Part shown: piece after piece, positions 1-13,426 of the stretch
Layout of the letters: every line of letters begins with the position of its first letter
Position numbering within the stretch: the stretch's first letter is position 1
Assembly (NCBI GenBank): GCA_030324005.1
Contig: JARDVH010000132.1
Coordinates: 73,012,432 to 73,076,431, forward strand
DNA from: Negaprion brevirostris
Lineage: Eukaryota
Reading direction: 5' to 3'
Length of the DNA stretch: 64,000 bases
The notes under the pieces: model-generated
Database searches by the model: none
What the model was told of the DNA's origin: nothing
Seen by the model: the letters and a program-made list of their open reading frames with translations, nothing else
Translations under genes and position numbers: made by a program

Positions 1-1139
1 GCTTATTTTGCATTTTTCCATTATCTTTGTTTAGTTTACTTAGTAGTCACCATTAACGTCTACCTTTTATTAATATGGGGAATAATGAAATATAAATCAG
101 ATTGGGACCTCTCAATATTACACAATGAAATGTCAATCCAGTGACATCTATTTTATGCTGTTGCATGATTTCTGGTGGATTTTCCTGTCAGAGTGCTTCT
201 GTGGCCATGTTGAGTATGCTCTTTATTGTGTGCCACATATTGTATGACCTATGAAGAGGGGTGCAGTAACTGGCCCCTTTAAAGGGAAGCCATCAGATGT
301 GTCATGTGTCCCAATTGGCCAAGCATGGGAATCTTGATACAGAGCATAGGCCTTTGCAGCCAGAATTGATCTTAGAGCTGGAATTGTTGACGAACTATTG
401 GTCACCAATCTTTACAAAAACTACATTGACAATGAGGTAAATCGGAAGGATTCCATCTGCGGCAAGGAATTTATAGAGAACATCATTGCAAAACAGAAGT
501 GTGCGTTGGATCCACCCAAGCCTGAAAAAAAAGGAATACAGAGGGATCAGGCATGCCTCTCTTTGGCAAGCTAAAAATCTTTGATACAACCACTGAGAAC
601 TGGATACAGTATGTGGAACAGTTGGAGCATGTTGTCAGGGCTAATGGAATAGAAGGGGAGGATAAGAAGAAGGTAATTTAATTATCACCTGTGAGATCAA
701 AACATATGACTTGATCTGAAGTTCACCATCCACAGATGTCCCCAACACAGAGACTTTCGCAGAGATCCTTTAGCTAGCAAAGGAGAACTATCACCCGAAA
801 AATTTAGTATCACTGCACGGGTGCAAGTTAAACTTGCCAGATTGAACTCCAGGGGAGACCATTACAGCCTTCATAGTAAAACTGAAGCAGGTTGCAGAGC
901 ATTGCCACATCAGGCCTGCTTTAAATGACATGTTGAGAGATAGTTTGATATGTGGTGTTCAATAATTCAACTATGCTAAGGAAACTGTTGGCTGAGTCTG
1001 TTAGGGTACCAGATCAGAAACCCCAAAGTATATTATGAAGTCAGACTGGACCCCAACAATTTGCTATTTTGACATTAAAGTGAAGATATGATGTTTCACT
1101 CCAGGCACAATTCTTGCTTAAAGAATTGCATTGTGCCCA

Positions 1140-1740
1140 TCAGGTGTATCAAAGATGAAAATGTCAGTGAAAAACTATATCGGGTGGGCTTGCATTGATG
1201 CTGAGATAGAAAGGCTTGTCAAACAATGTAACTTGTGCCAGTTCCAACTGCCAGCTATTGCCCCTTGCATCTGTGGGAATGGCCAAGTTGGCCATGCGTA
1301 ACAGTTCTTGTGGATTACCTTGGTCCACTCATGGAGATGATGTTACTTTTTTTAGTGGTCACCCATTCAAATTGGATGGAGGTATTTGAAGTGAGGTCCA
1401 CAACGTCACATGCTATACTTGAGAAGTTATGCCAGTGTTTTGCCACCCATGGTGTACCAGAGGTACTTGTCTCAGACAATGGCACAGCGTTCACAAGTGC
1501 CATGTTCCAGAAGTTCATTGCCTTCAATGGAATAAAACACGTTCTTATAGAACCTTATCACCCTTTGACAAATGGGCTCACTAAACACACAGTGCAAATA
1601 TTCAACCCTGGTATAAAGAAGCATATACTTGCTTCATTTGAAAATAAATGGCATGTTTACTGCTAGTTTATAGAACCATCACACTATTATTGGAATAGCT
1701 CCAGCCAAGCTACTGATGGGTTGTTGTTTGGAATTTGGTG
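1140..1740 (+). pseudogene. Gypsy integrase remnant (HHCC zinc finger plus rve core)
   Basis: ORF 1235-1666 contains PLHLWEWPSWP..VDYLGP..HGVPEVLVSDNGTAFTS..PYHPLTNG, typical of the integrase core; upstream WACIDAEIERLVKQCNLC; frameshifted. Confidence 0.85.
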
Positions 1741-2289
1741 GAGAGGGGTAGAGTCATCAAAAGAGAAAGAGCATTTGAGAAACATGATCCAATCTTTGTG
1801 AAGAATTTTGGAAGTGGATCAAATTGGATCTCAGGAGTCATGGTGGCCTGGATAGAGCCAATGTCTTATGAAATGTAGGCACTGGACAAGTTGATGCAGA
1901 AACACGTAGGTCATTTGAGGAAGCAGGAGCCATCACAAGAGCCAGGGCTACCACCTGATCCAATTTTGCCAACAAGCGGTGATGTTGTTTGTCCAAGGGA
2001 TGAAGTGGCTGATCAGCAAGTGGCAGGCCAAAGTTCTGCCCTCAGTGAAACTGAGGAAGATGAGACACGGATTCCAAAACAGAGTCCTAGTGAAGTGAGT
2101 TCAACCAATCCTATCTCAACTATTTGAGCTACGTTGCTCCCAGAGAAAGACAGACCAAGTTTTTGACAGACTGTGTTAAAGTGTCCATTTTTGCTATTGT
2201 TTTAGAAATTGTAGAAGTTATTTATGCATATTCAGTATACTCTATCTGTAACTGCAACACTAAGAGCAGAATTTTATGGCTTCACTTGT

Positions 2290-2508
2290 CCCAAAACCAT
2301 AAAATCTCATCCGAGGTCAACAGACCTTCCCACTGTCTGCCCAATTCCTGTGGTGAACGAAGTAGTAGCAATCCAGCCAATATTCTGCACCCTTCCCCTC
2401 TCCTCTTTGTATTTTATGAATTGTATGTTTTGTCTATATAGCACAAAAGAAGCAATACTTTTCACTGTATCCCAATACATGTGACAATAATAAGTCAAAT
2501 CAAATAAT
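2290..2508 (+). mobile_element. 3' tail of Rex1/Babar-like LINE inserted in the 3' LTR
   Basis: Ends TTTTCACTGTATCCCAATACATGTGACAATAATAAGTCAAATCAAA, closely similar to the tail at 40880-40957. Confidence 0.65.
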
Positions 2509-3319
2509 AAGGGACTTAAAGGGACGTAACAGTTGGCCTGTTTAAGAGGCGGACATCAGGAGGGTCATGTTACCCAACTGGCCAATGGGAAACAAGCACA
2601 GGAATCTTGGTGCAGAGCACAGAGTGTTGTAGCTAGAACTGATCCTGTAGCTTGAGATGTTAACATTATGCAAGTACTCTGTATATGGTTATCTGCTTGT
2701 AAATAAACCATTATATTTGTTATACTAAATGGTGGTGGCCAATTCTTGCAACTACTACAAGGGGAATCCACCTTCTGAGTCGTATAACGTGGATCTCTGT
2801 CCTCACAGGAGAAAGTCTGGATGGGAAGGCCCTCAGCACTGCTCTCACGCCACCATTTTAACTTCATCAGAATTGCAACAGAAACTCCCTTTATGAACAG
2901 GACATTCAAGGATCTTTCAATGTTAATATGACAGTAGACGGTGAGCAGTTCTGAGTAAACTCCCAACCAACAACTGCCAGCAAGAAAAGATCTGTAATAT
3001 ATTGTAGTTACGAGAGAGAGAAATAACAACTGAATTGAAGTCTATTTCAGCTAAAGAAATCTCTCTTGTCGATATGACATGCTGCATACTACATAAACAT
3101 ATTGGGGCATATGCTGGAGTGGTGTAGAAACAACTTGTAGAAAGGAAATTCAAGGCTAAGTGCTGTTTTTGTGCCTTTAAAACTTCTCCTTCCAGTTAAT
3201 CATCATTGCCCTTTCTGAAATCTGCCCACTGGGCTTATTTGTATTTGTGCATCTGTGGTGCTATAGATTGAGATTACTTTGAAATACTTCCTGAACAGAC
3301 TATCAAAACAGTACTTTTT

Positions 3320-3611
3320 GGTGGCACAGTGGTTAGCACTGCTGCCTCACAGCACCAGGGACCCGGGTTCGATTCCTGACTTGGGTCACTGTCTGTGCGG
3401 AGTTTGCATGTTCGTCCTATATCTGTGTGGGTTTCCGCCGGGTAGTCTGGTTTCTTCCCACAACCTGAAAGATGTGTTGGTTAGGTGCGTTGGCCATTCT
3501 AAATTCTCCCTTCGTATACCTGAACAGGTGCCGGAGTGTGGCGACTGGGAGATTTTCACAACTTCATTGCAGTGTTAATATAAGTCTACTTGTAACTAAT
3601 AATTAAACTTT
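3320..3611 (+). mobile_element. tRNA-derived HE1/V-SINE-like SINE (tail type A)
   Basis: Pol III A box GTGGCACAGTGG, B box GGTTCGATTCC, V-domain-like GTGGGTTTCC..GGTTTCTTCCCAC; many copies in window. Confidence 0.85.
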
Positions 3612-3612
3612 A

Positions 3613-3862
3613 TCACCCACTGTACTCTACACCGGAGAGATCAAATGCAGATTGGCAACTGCTGTGTGGAACAGTTCCATTCTGTCTACAAATATTACTC
3701 TGAGCTTTCTGTTGCTTGTCATTTCAATTCTGAATCTTGCTCTCCCCCTGACTTTACTGTCCTTGGCCATACATTGCCATTTAGGATGAAACATTTGCTC
3801 TGTTTCTCTCCACAGTTGCTGCCTGACCGGCTGAGTACTTCCAACATTTTCTGTTTCTTGTA
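3613..3862 (+). mobile_element. Penelope-like element 3' remnant (GIY-YIG endonuclease C-terminus plus terminal sequence)
   Basis: Translates LYTGEIKCRL then (frameshift) ELSVACHFNSESCSPPDFTVLG, resembling PLE GIY-YIG 'YIGETKR..PVAxHFN'; terminus TCTCCACAGTTGCTGCCTGACC..TTTTCTGTTT is shared with 12850-12920 and 47826-48066. Confidence 0.7.
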
Positions 3863-4539
3863 ATGTATGTACATATATTTATGATTTGCATTTACAACAA
3901 TATTGTATGGTGCAACCCTTTTTATGCTGGCGAACTGCAAAACCAGTCTCCCCACATGTATGTATATGTAAATAGATATGTGTAGAAAAAGATATGGAGC
4001 TTACAGTAATGTCTAAATGTTTCAATGTAGGTATCAAGGAACAGCATCATCCAAAAAGAAACAGGTTTTTTTCAGGAGATTACTTGTCCTTGAGGCAAAT
4101 TTTGCTGATTACATTATACAGTCGAAAATAACTAATCAAACCCTTCATTCAAATGCCAAGACAGTTAGGGAAAAAGAAAACATCACAATTAATGTGAAAC
4201 TTGTGCTATGCATTTATCAAACAATACATAAGTCTTTTTGAAAAGGAGTTAAAAATTGCACAAAAATTTGGAGTGTCTTATATTTCTCATGGAATACTTT
4301 CATCTGGAATAATTCAACACAACAAAGCTTTTTAAAAACTAAAATCCAAAACTGTGTTAAATTTATGTCTGCTAAATGTTAAATGTCAGATAATAATTCA
4401 TGTTGATCTTAGACAGTTCAATTTTTTTCATTCTAACAAGTTAGAACTTGTTCATTTTTTCCAAAAGTGCATGCGTAAAACTTTTTTATTTCAGATCTGC
4501 AGTACATGTCCACAAATCCCTGAATGTGTCAAGACATAA

Positions 4540-4760
4540 AGGTATTTAAGAAAGCACATAGGATAGCTTCCTTTATTGGCTCAGGCATAGAATATAAGAG
4601 AGTTCGTGCAAGAACTCCATAAAACACAAGTTAAGCTTTCCAGATTACTGCATACAGTTCTGGTCACCACATTGCTGGAGGGTGTAATCACATTAAACAG
4701 GTGCAGAAAAGATTTATGAGATGTTTCTAGGAGTAGAGAATTTTGTGTATGAGGCAGCTA
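4540..4760 (+). mobile_element. CR1-like LINE RT C-terminal fragment
   Basis: CAGTTCTGGTCACCAC and GTGCAGAAAAGATTTA similar to other CR1 copies (14690-14760, 53490-53560). Confidence 0.6.
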
Positions 4761-7534
4761 CGTGGATATCTAATTTAGATAAATAAAATTGCATGTGTAG
4801 GAATTTGTAGATTCAAAGCTTGTATTTTTTTGAAATGGAATCTAATTGAAAGGAAAAACTGAAAAGGGGGAACAAAAAGGAAAACTGAGAAAGGAAAATT
4901 ACTCTCTCAGTTTCTAAGAAAGCTAGGCTGGGAAACCAGAGTTTCTGGGAGACTGAACCTGGTTGAAATCTCTTATGAGGGCATAACAAGTCCTCAGATC
5001 TCAGCAGTAATTGATGAGTCCAGTGGTGTAGTACAGGCAGACTGAAGAAGACAGAGGCTAGAGCCAGAAACTGAAAATAAACACATACACAATTGCTGCA
5101 GCTGTTTCTGTTACTTGAAGGTCAGATTGGTGGAACTTTGCCATGTAGACTGAATTGAGGAAGCTCTCCAGATATGTGCTATTTTTTGGTGAAAGCCATG
5201 GCCATGGAACTCTGGTTGCTTATAGACTGCTGTCAGCTGGGGATCAGCCAAGAAAGAGAAAAGGTGAAATTACTTGTAAGAAAAACAGAGGACAGAAGAA
5301 TGAGTGCACAGCCATTTAACACTCCATGAGCTTTAATTGTCTGAGGGCATGATTTCCACTCCGTCTGGAAAAGAAGTTGAGAGATTGGCCATTTGTTCTG
5401 CAGTCCTTTACAGGGCTGTGTTTGACTACAGGCGGCCCCCAAGGAAGAGGAGTTAATGGGGGCCAGACCTCAGCTAAGTTTGAGATATTGGCAGAACATG
5501 GCTGGCAGGCTTAGTGAAGAGAAAAGGGAATGGAGTTGGGACGCTGATGGGAGGGTAAAGGGAGCACTCTGAGGGCAGATTGGAGGATACCGATACATAC
5601 TGGAGGGATTGGTTAAAGGGCAGCCAACTGAACTGTGCATTCCCAAATGAGGAGAGAGGCACAGCTGAGACATTTTAAGAACCTTTCAATAAAAGTGCAG
5701 AGAACCAGGAAAGTGAAGCAATACTGCCCATTCATACAACACTAATCCTGCAGATTGGCATTAATCAATTTTCTTGTTTTAACCATTGTTTACAGCCTGG
5801 ACTTTCCCTAAAGTGATACCAAAGTCCAGAACATTTAGGTGAATGGTCGAACACCCAGAAGCCTATTAGAAAGTTGGCTCTGCATGGGGTTAATTGAAGA
5901 GAAGCTTCAGGCCCCCCTCAAATAATCTGATTTCCTGAATAAATATTTACCCTCATGCTTATTCCCAGGTATGTAATGTTAGAGTTCAGTGAATGAGGCT
6001 CCCAGTGGCTGGGCTGAAAGCAGCACATTTAAGTATTTGGCCAAAGAAATGTCATCATAATTGGTCATGTTGGCGGAGAAGGGGGCACCTTGAAATGCAT
6101 GGTGGCCATCATATGAGGGGTAAATGCTCTCCGACATTGGAACAAAGCCCTTGAACCTACATTCACTGATCAGTCATTGAAAGAAAGGAGATCTTTGGTG
6201 ACTAATGCTGACACTTGTTTGTTTCTCCTTGATACTGCAGTGAGGAGACATCAGTCTGTCTTTGGGTTCCACTCCAGATTTTTGTCAGCATTTACTCCCA
6301 TAGCCTTTAACTCTTTCAAGTATAAACAAGGCATTTGAGCTATTTGCCCATAGATGAGAGTATGGTTTACAAGTGCAAAGGTGTGTCCATTTGCCAGTAG
6401 GTCTGAACCCTGCATGTCTGGGGGCCAAACCTCCTCCATGTTGTACTGAAGCGTTAGCTTGTGTCAGTGAGGGATGCAATTTCCAAGTTTCACCACAAGG
6501 AGGCGCAGCTGAGGACTTGCAGATGGGGAAGTTCCGTGCTGACAGGGAGAACCCCACCGAATGGCCTCCTTCTGCACTGTAGGAATTCTATGACAGTAAT
6601 CAGGTCCAAAATCTCCAACTCATAATGATGTATGATTGTGAGCGTTCACCCCTATCGGAAACATGGAATTATAGTCATTTATTAGTTTCTGAAATTATTA
6701 CATTTGTAATGACCTCCCCTTTGTAACACCCTCTTATATCACTCATGTTTTGTCACCTCCGTCCTCACTTTCAAAATTCTTAGATAGCCTTCATGTTTGT
6801 TTTTACCTTTGACCAATCTTTCTTTCTTTATCTGTACCTCTGTCCAATTTTTTTGTCTGTTTTTAAAATGTGCAGTTGACCTATGTTTATCCAGGACTGT
6901 ATAAAATATGAGTTGCTATAAATTGCAGTTATTTGATAAAAAAAACTATAATTGACCTATTGGTGAGTGACATTCGTCCCATTAAAGAAGAGTTGCTAAT
7001 CTGTTTCAGATTTTCGTGATTGTACACACGTTTGACAGATAGAAAGTTGCACAAAAGTCAACTTCAGTCAACTTGACCACCTAGAAATTCCTTTAATTTC
7101 TATTGTAATCATAAGGCACTCATGTAACATGGTTGTGCTTAACTCACNNNNNNNNNNNNNNNNNNNNNNNNNNNNNNNCAAGAGTAATCTCCAAAGAGTC
7201 ATTCCACAGTGAATGACAAATAGACAAAAATTTAAGTTCATGAGGAATGTTTCCATTCTATAACTTTAAATCTGGGGTTCTTCTTCCTTTATGGTGAGTT
7301 ATCACTGTGTTATTTCAAAAGAAACAAGGCAGCTAATTGAAAAAAGGGAGGAATTTTAAACACAAAAATCATATTGAATTTATAACAATGTATAGAGTTT
7401 ATATTTGATATTGGTCAATGGCTTTTTTTTACATAGTACTGGACTCTTAAAATAGCACCTGCATTCTGAGAAAAACATCAAAATATTTAAAACAAATTTG
7501 CCACAAATGTTTTGGAAAATATATTTTTTATTAA

Positions 7535-8070
7535 TTACCTTTGCTACTTAAGATAGGTGGAGGTAATATTGTCACCCCCTGCTGGTCTGTTTGCTTGTGA
7601 GCAATGCATCTCAAAAACTAATAGGTGGATTTCAACAAAACATGATCATAAGGCAGTCATGTATCATGGAAAGGATATAACTCACAAAAGAACTGATTCG
7701 TTTTTGGTGAAGATACAGATCTAGTTTCTCAAATTTTTAAAATGACTCATTAACATTAGGAGATAGGGAAAATTGACATTTTTTTGGAACGTTATGGATC
7801 GATTTATTTAGAATGCAATTGATTGTTTTAGAATGTTGCAGTTTGTTTCAGCAGCTCTGGTGGAATTTGTCACAGCTGGCAAAATGTGAGCAGAATTTTC
7901 ACAGCAGCTTGTTGAATATGGAGGGCCTGTGAGATGGAAGATTTTAATGAAAAGGTTTCTTTTTCAACTTTGTAGTTGCAGAGCATAACAAGGCATAGAA
8001 AACGCCCAAGACAGAACTCCATGATTGTAATGATGTTGAATTATCACAAGCCCTACTGAGTGCCCTTTTC
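7535..8070 (+). mobile_element. Possible Helentron-associated non-autonomous element (HINE/DINE-1-like)
   Basis: ATTACC..GGAGGT start, TCTGTTTGCTTG microsatellite-like block, CAAAAACTAATAGGTGGATTTC, AACATTAGGAGATAGGG and terminal CTACTGAGTGCCCTT resemble recalled fish HINE architecture. Confidence 0.45.
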
Positions 8071-8099
8071 ATCCTGTTGAACATATATTTGATGGTATT

Positions 8100-8465
8100 C
8101 ACAGAATCACAAAATATGGCAGAAGGGGGCCATTTGGCTCATCAGGTCTGCACTGGCTCTCTGAAAGAGCATTCTATTTAATCCCACTCTCCTACCTTAT
8201 CCCCATAACCTTGTACATTCTTTCTTTTCAGATAGTAGTCCAATTGTCTTTTGTATACTTTGATCGAATTTGCTTCAATTACCTCTCAGGAAGTTTGTTC
8301 CAGACTCCAACCATCCTCTGGATGAAAAATATTTTTCTCACATCACTTCTACTCCTACTATTATGACTCTGTGGTCTCTAGTTCTTTATGTACCTTTGAG
8401 AGACAGCAATTTCTCACTCTTTATCCTGTACATGCTCCTCAGGATCTTGAATATGTCCATCAAAT
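8100..8465 (-). mobile_element. CR1/HER1-like LINE 3' end
   Basis: Reverse-strand 3' UTR signature (AGAAGGGGGCCATTTGGCTCATC) and TTCCAGACTCCAACCATCCTCTGGATGAAAAA (FFxQRxVxxWN motif). Confidence 0.7.
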
Positions 8466-10624
8466 ATTAAGTATGGAGACACAGATTACAGCTAATTGGA
8501 GAGCTAGCAAGATCTCGGAATGCTTCCATTGTCAGTTGGTGGCAATGGACCTGCCAGAGGCCCAGGATCAGTGGGGGACACGTGCCACAGATAAGTGAGG
8601 ATACAATGGGGGTCGCAGGAAGCACTGCCTGGTTAGGTGGTGGTGGGGGTGTAGACAGTTCGGAAGAAAGTATCAGCAGTTGGATCTCAGTGAACTATCC
8701 ACTTTCAGATACAGGGTCCCTCAATCAGGCACTGTATGCCTGACGATGGGGGATTGTTTTCTAGGCTCCCCACATGGAGATTGCCCCACCTGCTGCTATT
8801 GAATACCTCCAAATTCACTTCGAGGAAGGACATGACATCCTGCCCATAGTCTGCTATACAGAACAAATCAACATTGACTTCTAATATATATATTTTAAAA
8901 CTTTAAATATTCATCCTATCTAAGTATTTAAAATTGTATTTAAGGTCAAGACATTGTGATCAAAGATTTTAATGGGCAGGGATGTAAGGTTAAGTTGTCA
9001 TGGCTGAATATCATTAGAAAGTAGTCAAAGCTTAGTACTTATGACCTGAACAGTACTGCAATCTGATGCATATTGCCTGAGTTTTGTGTGTAAGTATACA
9101 GAATGAAATAATGTAAATACTTCCCCATTTTCATCAGGTTGCTTGCTTCCTCTAGCACTCACATCATTTCTAGCACAGCAGCCTTAATAGAAGGATATCC
9201 ACCTATTTATCCTATTTGCACAGCTGGTCTGGATTCAATTTCTGCCTCACTACTGTTATTGAACTCTTCTGTTCAGAATTACAAGTGCACATAATTGCAG
9301 CAACCTAGTAAATGTGATGTACAGCAAAGAATATGACCTCTTTTGCCTGCTAGAAATGTTGTCCAAATTAAGCAGAAATTTGCAAAATAGAAAACAATAA
9401 AATGGGCTGGCCTTTCCTACATGCTCTTCCTCAGTGAATTATTTTCTAAACTATGGGCAAAATTTAGCTGTCCCTACTGGCAAGTTTGCACAGGTGGGGG
9501 AGGAGATCATAAAATTCTTCAAGAGTCCTTCCTACCCACCCACCCCCAATCTGACAATAATTTTATGAGGACCAGGTGAGGCTTAGAACAGCCATCTTGC
9601 CCTTAATCCAACTGAGGCCCTTAANNNNNNNNNNCATTGCAGTGTTAATGTAAGCCTGCCTGAGACACTAGTCAAAAAACTTAAAACTTAATACTCAAGC
9701 ACTAATACCACTTTGACACGGCAAGGAATGTAAAGTTCTTGTCATTTTGTCGTGCTGGAGAAGATAGCAGGAATGGGGGCCAACGACTTAGCCTTCCTGG
9801 GCCTCAGGCACTGAGGGGAGAGCACTCCCCTCAGCAGGACCCCATTCCTAACTGAGCTGCCTCTCCCTCCCCCCACAGTGTCCCCTCCCTCCTGGTGCCT
9901 ACAACTTGGCATCAACTAATTTGCCACCACCACCCACTTCCCATAAGCCTTCTCTCCTGGCCTTGCCAAGAGATACCCGGACTTGTCTCCAGCCACGTCT
10001 TGAGGCATGCAAACCCAGCAGTGGCCACTGAGATTAGAGAATTGTTGGCCAATCAGATGACTAGCAGCTCTCTGACGCTGAAATTCCAACCCAGATGGGG
10101 ACAGAAGGCCTGCTTCCAGCTAATTAACATTCCTTGGAATATTAAACAATTGTGGGGTAGCTGTCAGGAGCATCAACTTTTTTGTTTTATTTAATCACCT
10201 GAGAACATCTCTTAAGAACCTGTCTGGTGAGAAAATAACTGTTAACAGTAAAGCTTATAGAATAAAAATTCTATCCAATAGCCTTCTTTTTATTTGGTCT
10301 TTTAGTTAGAACAAGTCAAGTTATGGTATATTTGATGTAGTTGATTTGCACAACAATGAAAATGGTGGCTACTTCCACAACTGAGAGGATTTTTGTCATG
10401 GATACAAAGCTCTACTTTACCCCAAACTATAAAAATCCCTATTACATACTTTTCATGTGAAACTCTGGACAGAACAAAGTACTATGAATTTAGGAGAGGA
10501 GTCCAATTATCTGCATTCTTCAGGGTTCCTTTGTCAGTGTGTTTTGTAAGGCAAAACATCCATTTATTTCCAAATGTCTGTTCATTATAAGAGTGGCAGC
10601 CAGTCTTTGGTGCTACCACTATTT

Positions 10625-10935
10625 ATAATAGAAACATAGAAACTAGAAGCAGGAGTAGGCCTTTCGGCCCTTCGAGCATGTTTTGCTATTCATTATGATC
10701 GTGGCTGATCATCAAATTCAATATCCTCTTCCCCCCATCTTTCCCCCATATCCCTTGTTCCCTTTAGCACCAAGAGCTATATCTAATTTCTTCTCAAAAT
10801 CAGACAATGTTCTGCCCTCAACTACTTTCTGTGGTAGTGAATTCCACTCGTTCACCACTTTCTGGGTGAAGAAATTTCTGCTCACCTCAGTCCTAAAGGA
10901 CATCCTTGCAACAGAGGGAGTACAGCGAAGAGCTT
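10625..10935 (-). mobile_element. CR1/HER1-like LINE 3' end
   Basis: Minus ORF FRTEVSRNFFTQKVVNEWNSLPQKVVE is the canonical CR1 ORF2 C-terminus; TAGAAACA tail repeats. Confidence 0.85.
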
Positions 10936-11319
10936 AATAAATTGGCAAAAGTGTTCTGAATTGTGGGAAGTGATGGAACTCATTATTAACAATGGATGTT
11001 ACCACTGTCAAAGTATCACACCAAGTTAAATTCCAATAAGCTTTGGGCTTGAATTTCTGTGGTAATTCTCCTAATCATTCACTGTAACTTTGAAGACGAT
11101 CCAAGGATCCCCAATGAAAGCGCGATATCAGCATTTAAATTGATTGCCAGTGTTTGCAGTTCTTTTTCCAAAGCTATGGTAAGCAATTTAGAAGGACTTT
11201 ATTTCAAAGCTTGGTTATGCATTGACTCACTCACATTATATTTAACTGGCAGATGAAATGCAGTAATAACATGATCATATTTCAAATGATAAAGGACTAG
11301 TATAAATTAAATGTTTTCC

Positions 11320-12310
11320 AGAGAAGCTTGCTTTTAAATAACTTAAGAATATATTTGAACATGTCTTATCGTAAAACACTTCAAGTGTTTTACGAAGAAG
11401 CAGAAGGGGAAAGGAGCATTTGTGAAGGTAACTGATACTTGGTGACAGTGATGTGTTTTGTAAATACTTCTGGAAATATAATCAATGGGGACCAGATTAA
11501 GGGGCTTAGGGGGAGAACATTTCAGACAGTAGCATCAAAATTGTTGAAAGTCCTGACTCTGACAGGGCGGCACGGCAGCAAAGTGGTTAGTACTGCTGCC
11601 CCACAATGCCATGGTCTCGGGTTCGATTCTCAGCTTGGGTCACTGTCTGTGTGCAGTCTACATGTTCTCCCTGTGTCTGTGTGGGTTTCCTCCAGGTGGT
11701 CCAGTTTCCTCCCACATTCCAGAAGGTGTGTTGGTTAGGTGCATTGGCCATGCTAAATTCTCCCTCAGTGTACCCAAACAGGCACCCGAGTGTGGTGACT
11801 AAGGATTTTCACAGTAACTTCATTGCAGTGTTAATGTAAGCTTACTTGTGACACTAACAAATAAACTTTAGTGGAGCCATGAACAGTGGGGAGGGGAGGT
11901 GATGCAGAGGAGGTCAGTATTCGGGATTTGGGACTACAGGGGGCTCCAGAGGTCGGATGGGGATGAGACAATGGAAAATTTGGAATTTAATGTACATGGG
12001 AATGTGGAATCATTGGAGATTGGCAAGCGTATGTAGGGGAGTTATGAGAATTTAATTGTTTACCAGATATGGAGCTTTGGAATAGTTGAAGTTTATGCTG
12101 TTCAGGAAGCTGATGAGGAGAACTGGAAGGGTCAAGTCTGTGGGTCATGGAAATATGGTGAGAGTTTCAACAGCGGTGGGCATGAAGTGGAAGCAAAATT
12201 GAACTATGTTTAATGTATAGAAGCCAGCTGTCTTAGTGATATGTCGGATGTGAGGTTTGAAACTTAGTTCACAATTAAAATGTTACACACTGCTGCGTTG
12301 AGTTTGAATA
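11320..12310 (-). mobile_element. Old L2-like LINE 3' remnant interrupted by a SINE
   Basis: Purine-rich decayed sequence on both sides of the SINE at 11565 resembling L2 reverse-strand 3' region; recognised by eye only. Confidence 0.4.
11565..11870 (+). mobile_element. HE1/V-SINE-like SINE (tail type A)
   Basis: GGGCGGCACGG start, B box GGTTCGATTC, tail TTCACAGTAACTTCATTGCAGTGTTAATGTAAGC..ATAAACTTTA. Confidence 0.85.
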
Positions 12311-12849
12311 AGCTATACTTTCTTTTGGATAAGGGAGGTGAAGGAGATGCCCTGAAGGCAGTACTGTTCCTTACAATGCCAAGCAATTCTCTTGCAGCCT
12401 TTTAAATTGTATGCTAGTTCTGTGACATATTATTCAGGGTATATGGGAACTAAATGTGACGGCATTCTGATATTTATTTTGCTATATTCTACATTATTTG
12501 GCAGCAAATTATATCATGAAACATTTGCGGAATTCCTTTTATTAGTATGATACTTAGCTCTGCATTATCTGATTGTGTGTATAATGTATACATAATATAT
12601 ATGCAAGTTACTTGACATAAACATCTAAAATATTGATGTCCTTTTTAAAATAATTTTACTGAATTTATGCTGAACCTGACCTGGAACTTTTTCCACATAA
12701 CCTCTCCTCCTTTCCCCTTCTGCTTCTTCGTAAAACACTTGAAGTCACTGTATAAATGCAAGTTGTTACTGAACATAATCAAACCTATTAATAGCAATTG
12801 TCATTCAGCAGACCAGTTACTTTCATTTGCAAAAAGATTTTTTAGTTCC

Positions 12850-12920
12850 AAAACATTAGCTCTGCTCCTCTTCACAGATCCTGCCAGACCTGTTGAGTTG
12901 TCTAGCATTTTCTGTTTTAA
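12850..12920 (+). mobile_element. Penelope-like terminal fragment
   Basis: AACATTAGCTCTG..TTCACAGATCCTGCCAGACCTGTTGAG..TTTTCTGTTTT matches 48012-48066 and 3790-3860. Confidence 0.55.
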
Positions 12921-13426
12921 CTTACGCTACTTTCTTTGTATTGTCTTATTGAATTCTGTATACACTTGTATTTTTAGATCAGAGCCCCTCTTTGTACACA
13001 TAGTGAAAGTGAATGTTCATTCATATTTTATGAATAAGCCTGGCTACATATATATTTTATGAAAGCATTGCTTATGGAAGGAATATACTGGTATATCCAA
13101 CAACTGAATGTAAAAATTATTTTTGCTGACAGCTGATTATTCTTTGTTTGTAAATATAAGAACATTAGAAAAATTATATAAAACTCTTCTGTCTACTATT
13201 TTAATGCCAGTGTTAATTTATATAAAATAAGCATCTTAGCCCTCAAATAAAATATTGGATAGTCATATTATTAAAATGTGTTGAGGGTTCACACACAAAT
13301 ATTGCAAGCAGCAGTTTCTAGACCACAGTATTGTATCATTAAATATATTTATTTATGTGGCGACAATGAGAGGGAACATTTTAATTACTTAAGTCCTTTA
13401 CACCTCCAGAGCCACGACAATACTTT

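Larger units (their letters stand above)
186..2759 (+). mobile_element. Degenerate Ty3/Gypsy LTR retrotransposon (5' LTR ~186-425, gag remnant, integrase remnant, 3' LTR ~2210-2759); protease/RT/RNase H apparently deleted
   Basis: Gag-like peptide WIQYVEQLEHVVRANGIEGEDKKKV from 601; integrase zinc-finger-like and core remnants 1140-1740; two alignable diverged LTRs both ending in ACTACA; decayed PBS-like TTGACAATGAGG after the 5' LTR. Confidence 0.8.

Noticed and set aside
3320-3390. tRNA-like A/B boxes
   Set aside because: SINE heads rather than tRNA genes; no cloverleaf and continuous with SINE body.
5230-6560. Possible further Harbinger relic on the minus strand
   Set aside because: Only faint motif hints (KVQAV, FPGS); too decayed to call without a profile search.
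7000-7300. Possible exon of a neighbouring gene such as SCIN (acceptor-like TTTCAG, donor GTGAGT at 7294)
   Set aside because: No gelsolin-like or otherwise recognisable translation; splice-like motifs alone are insufficient.
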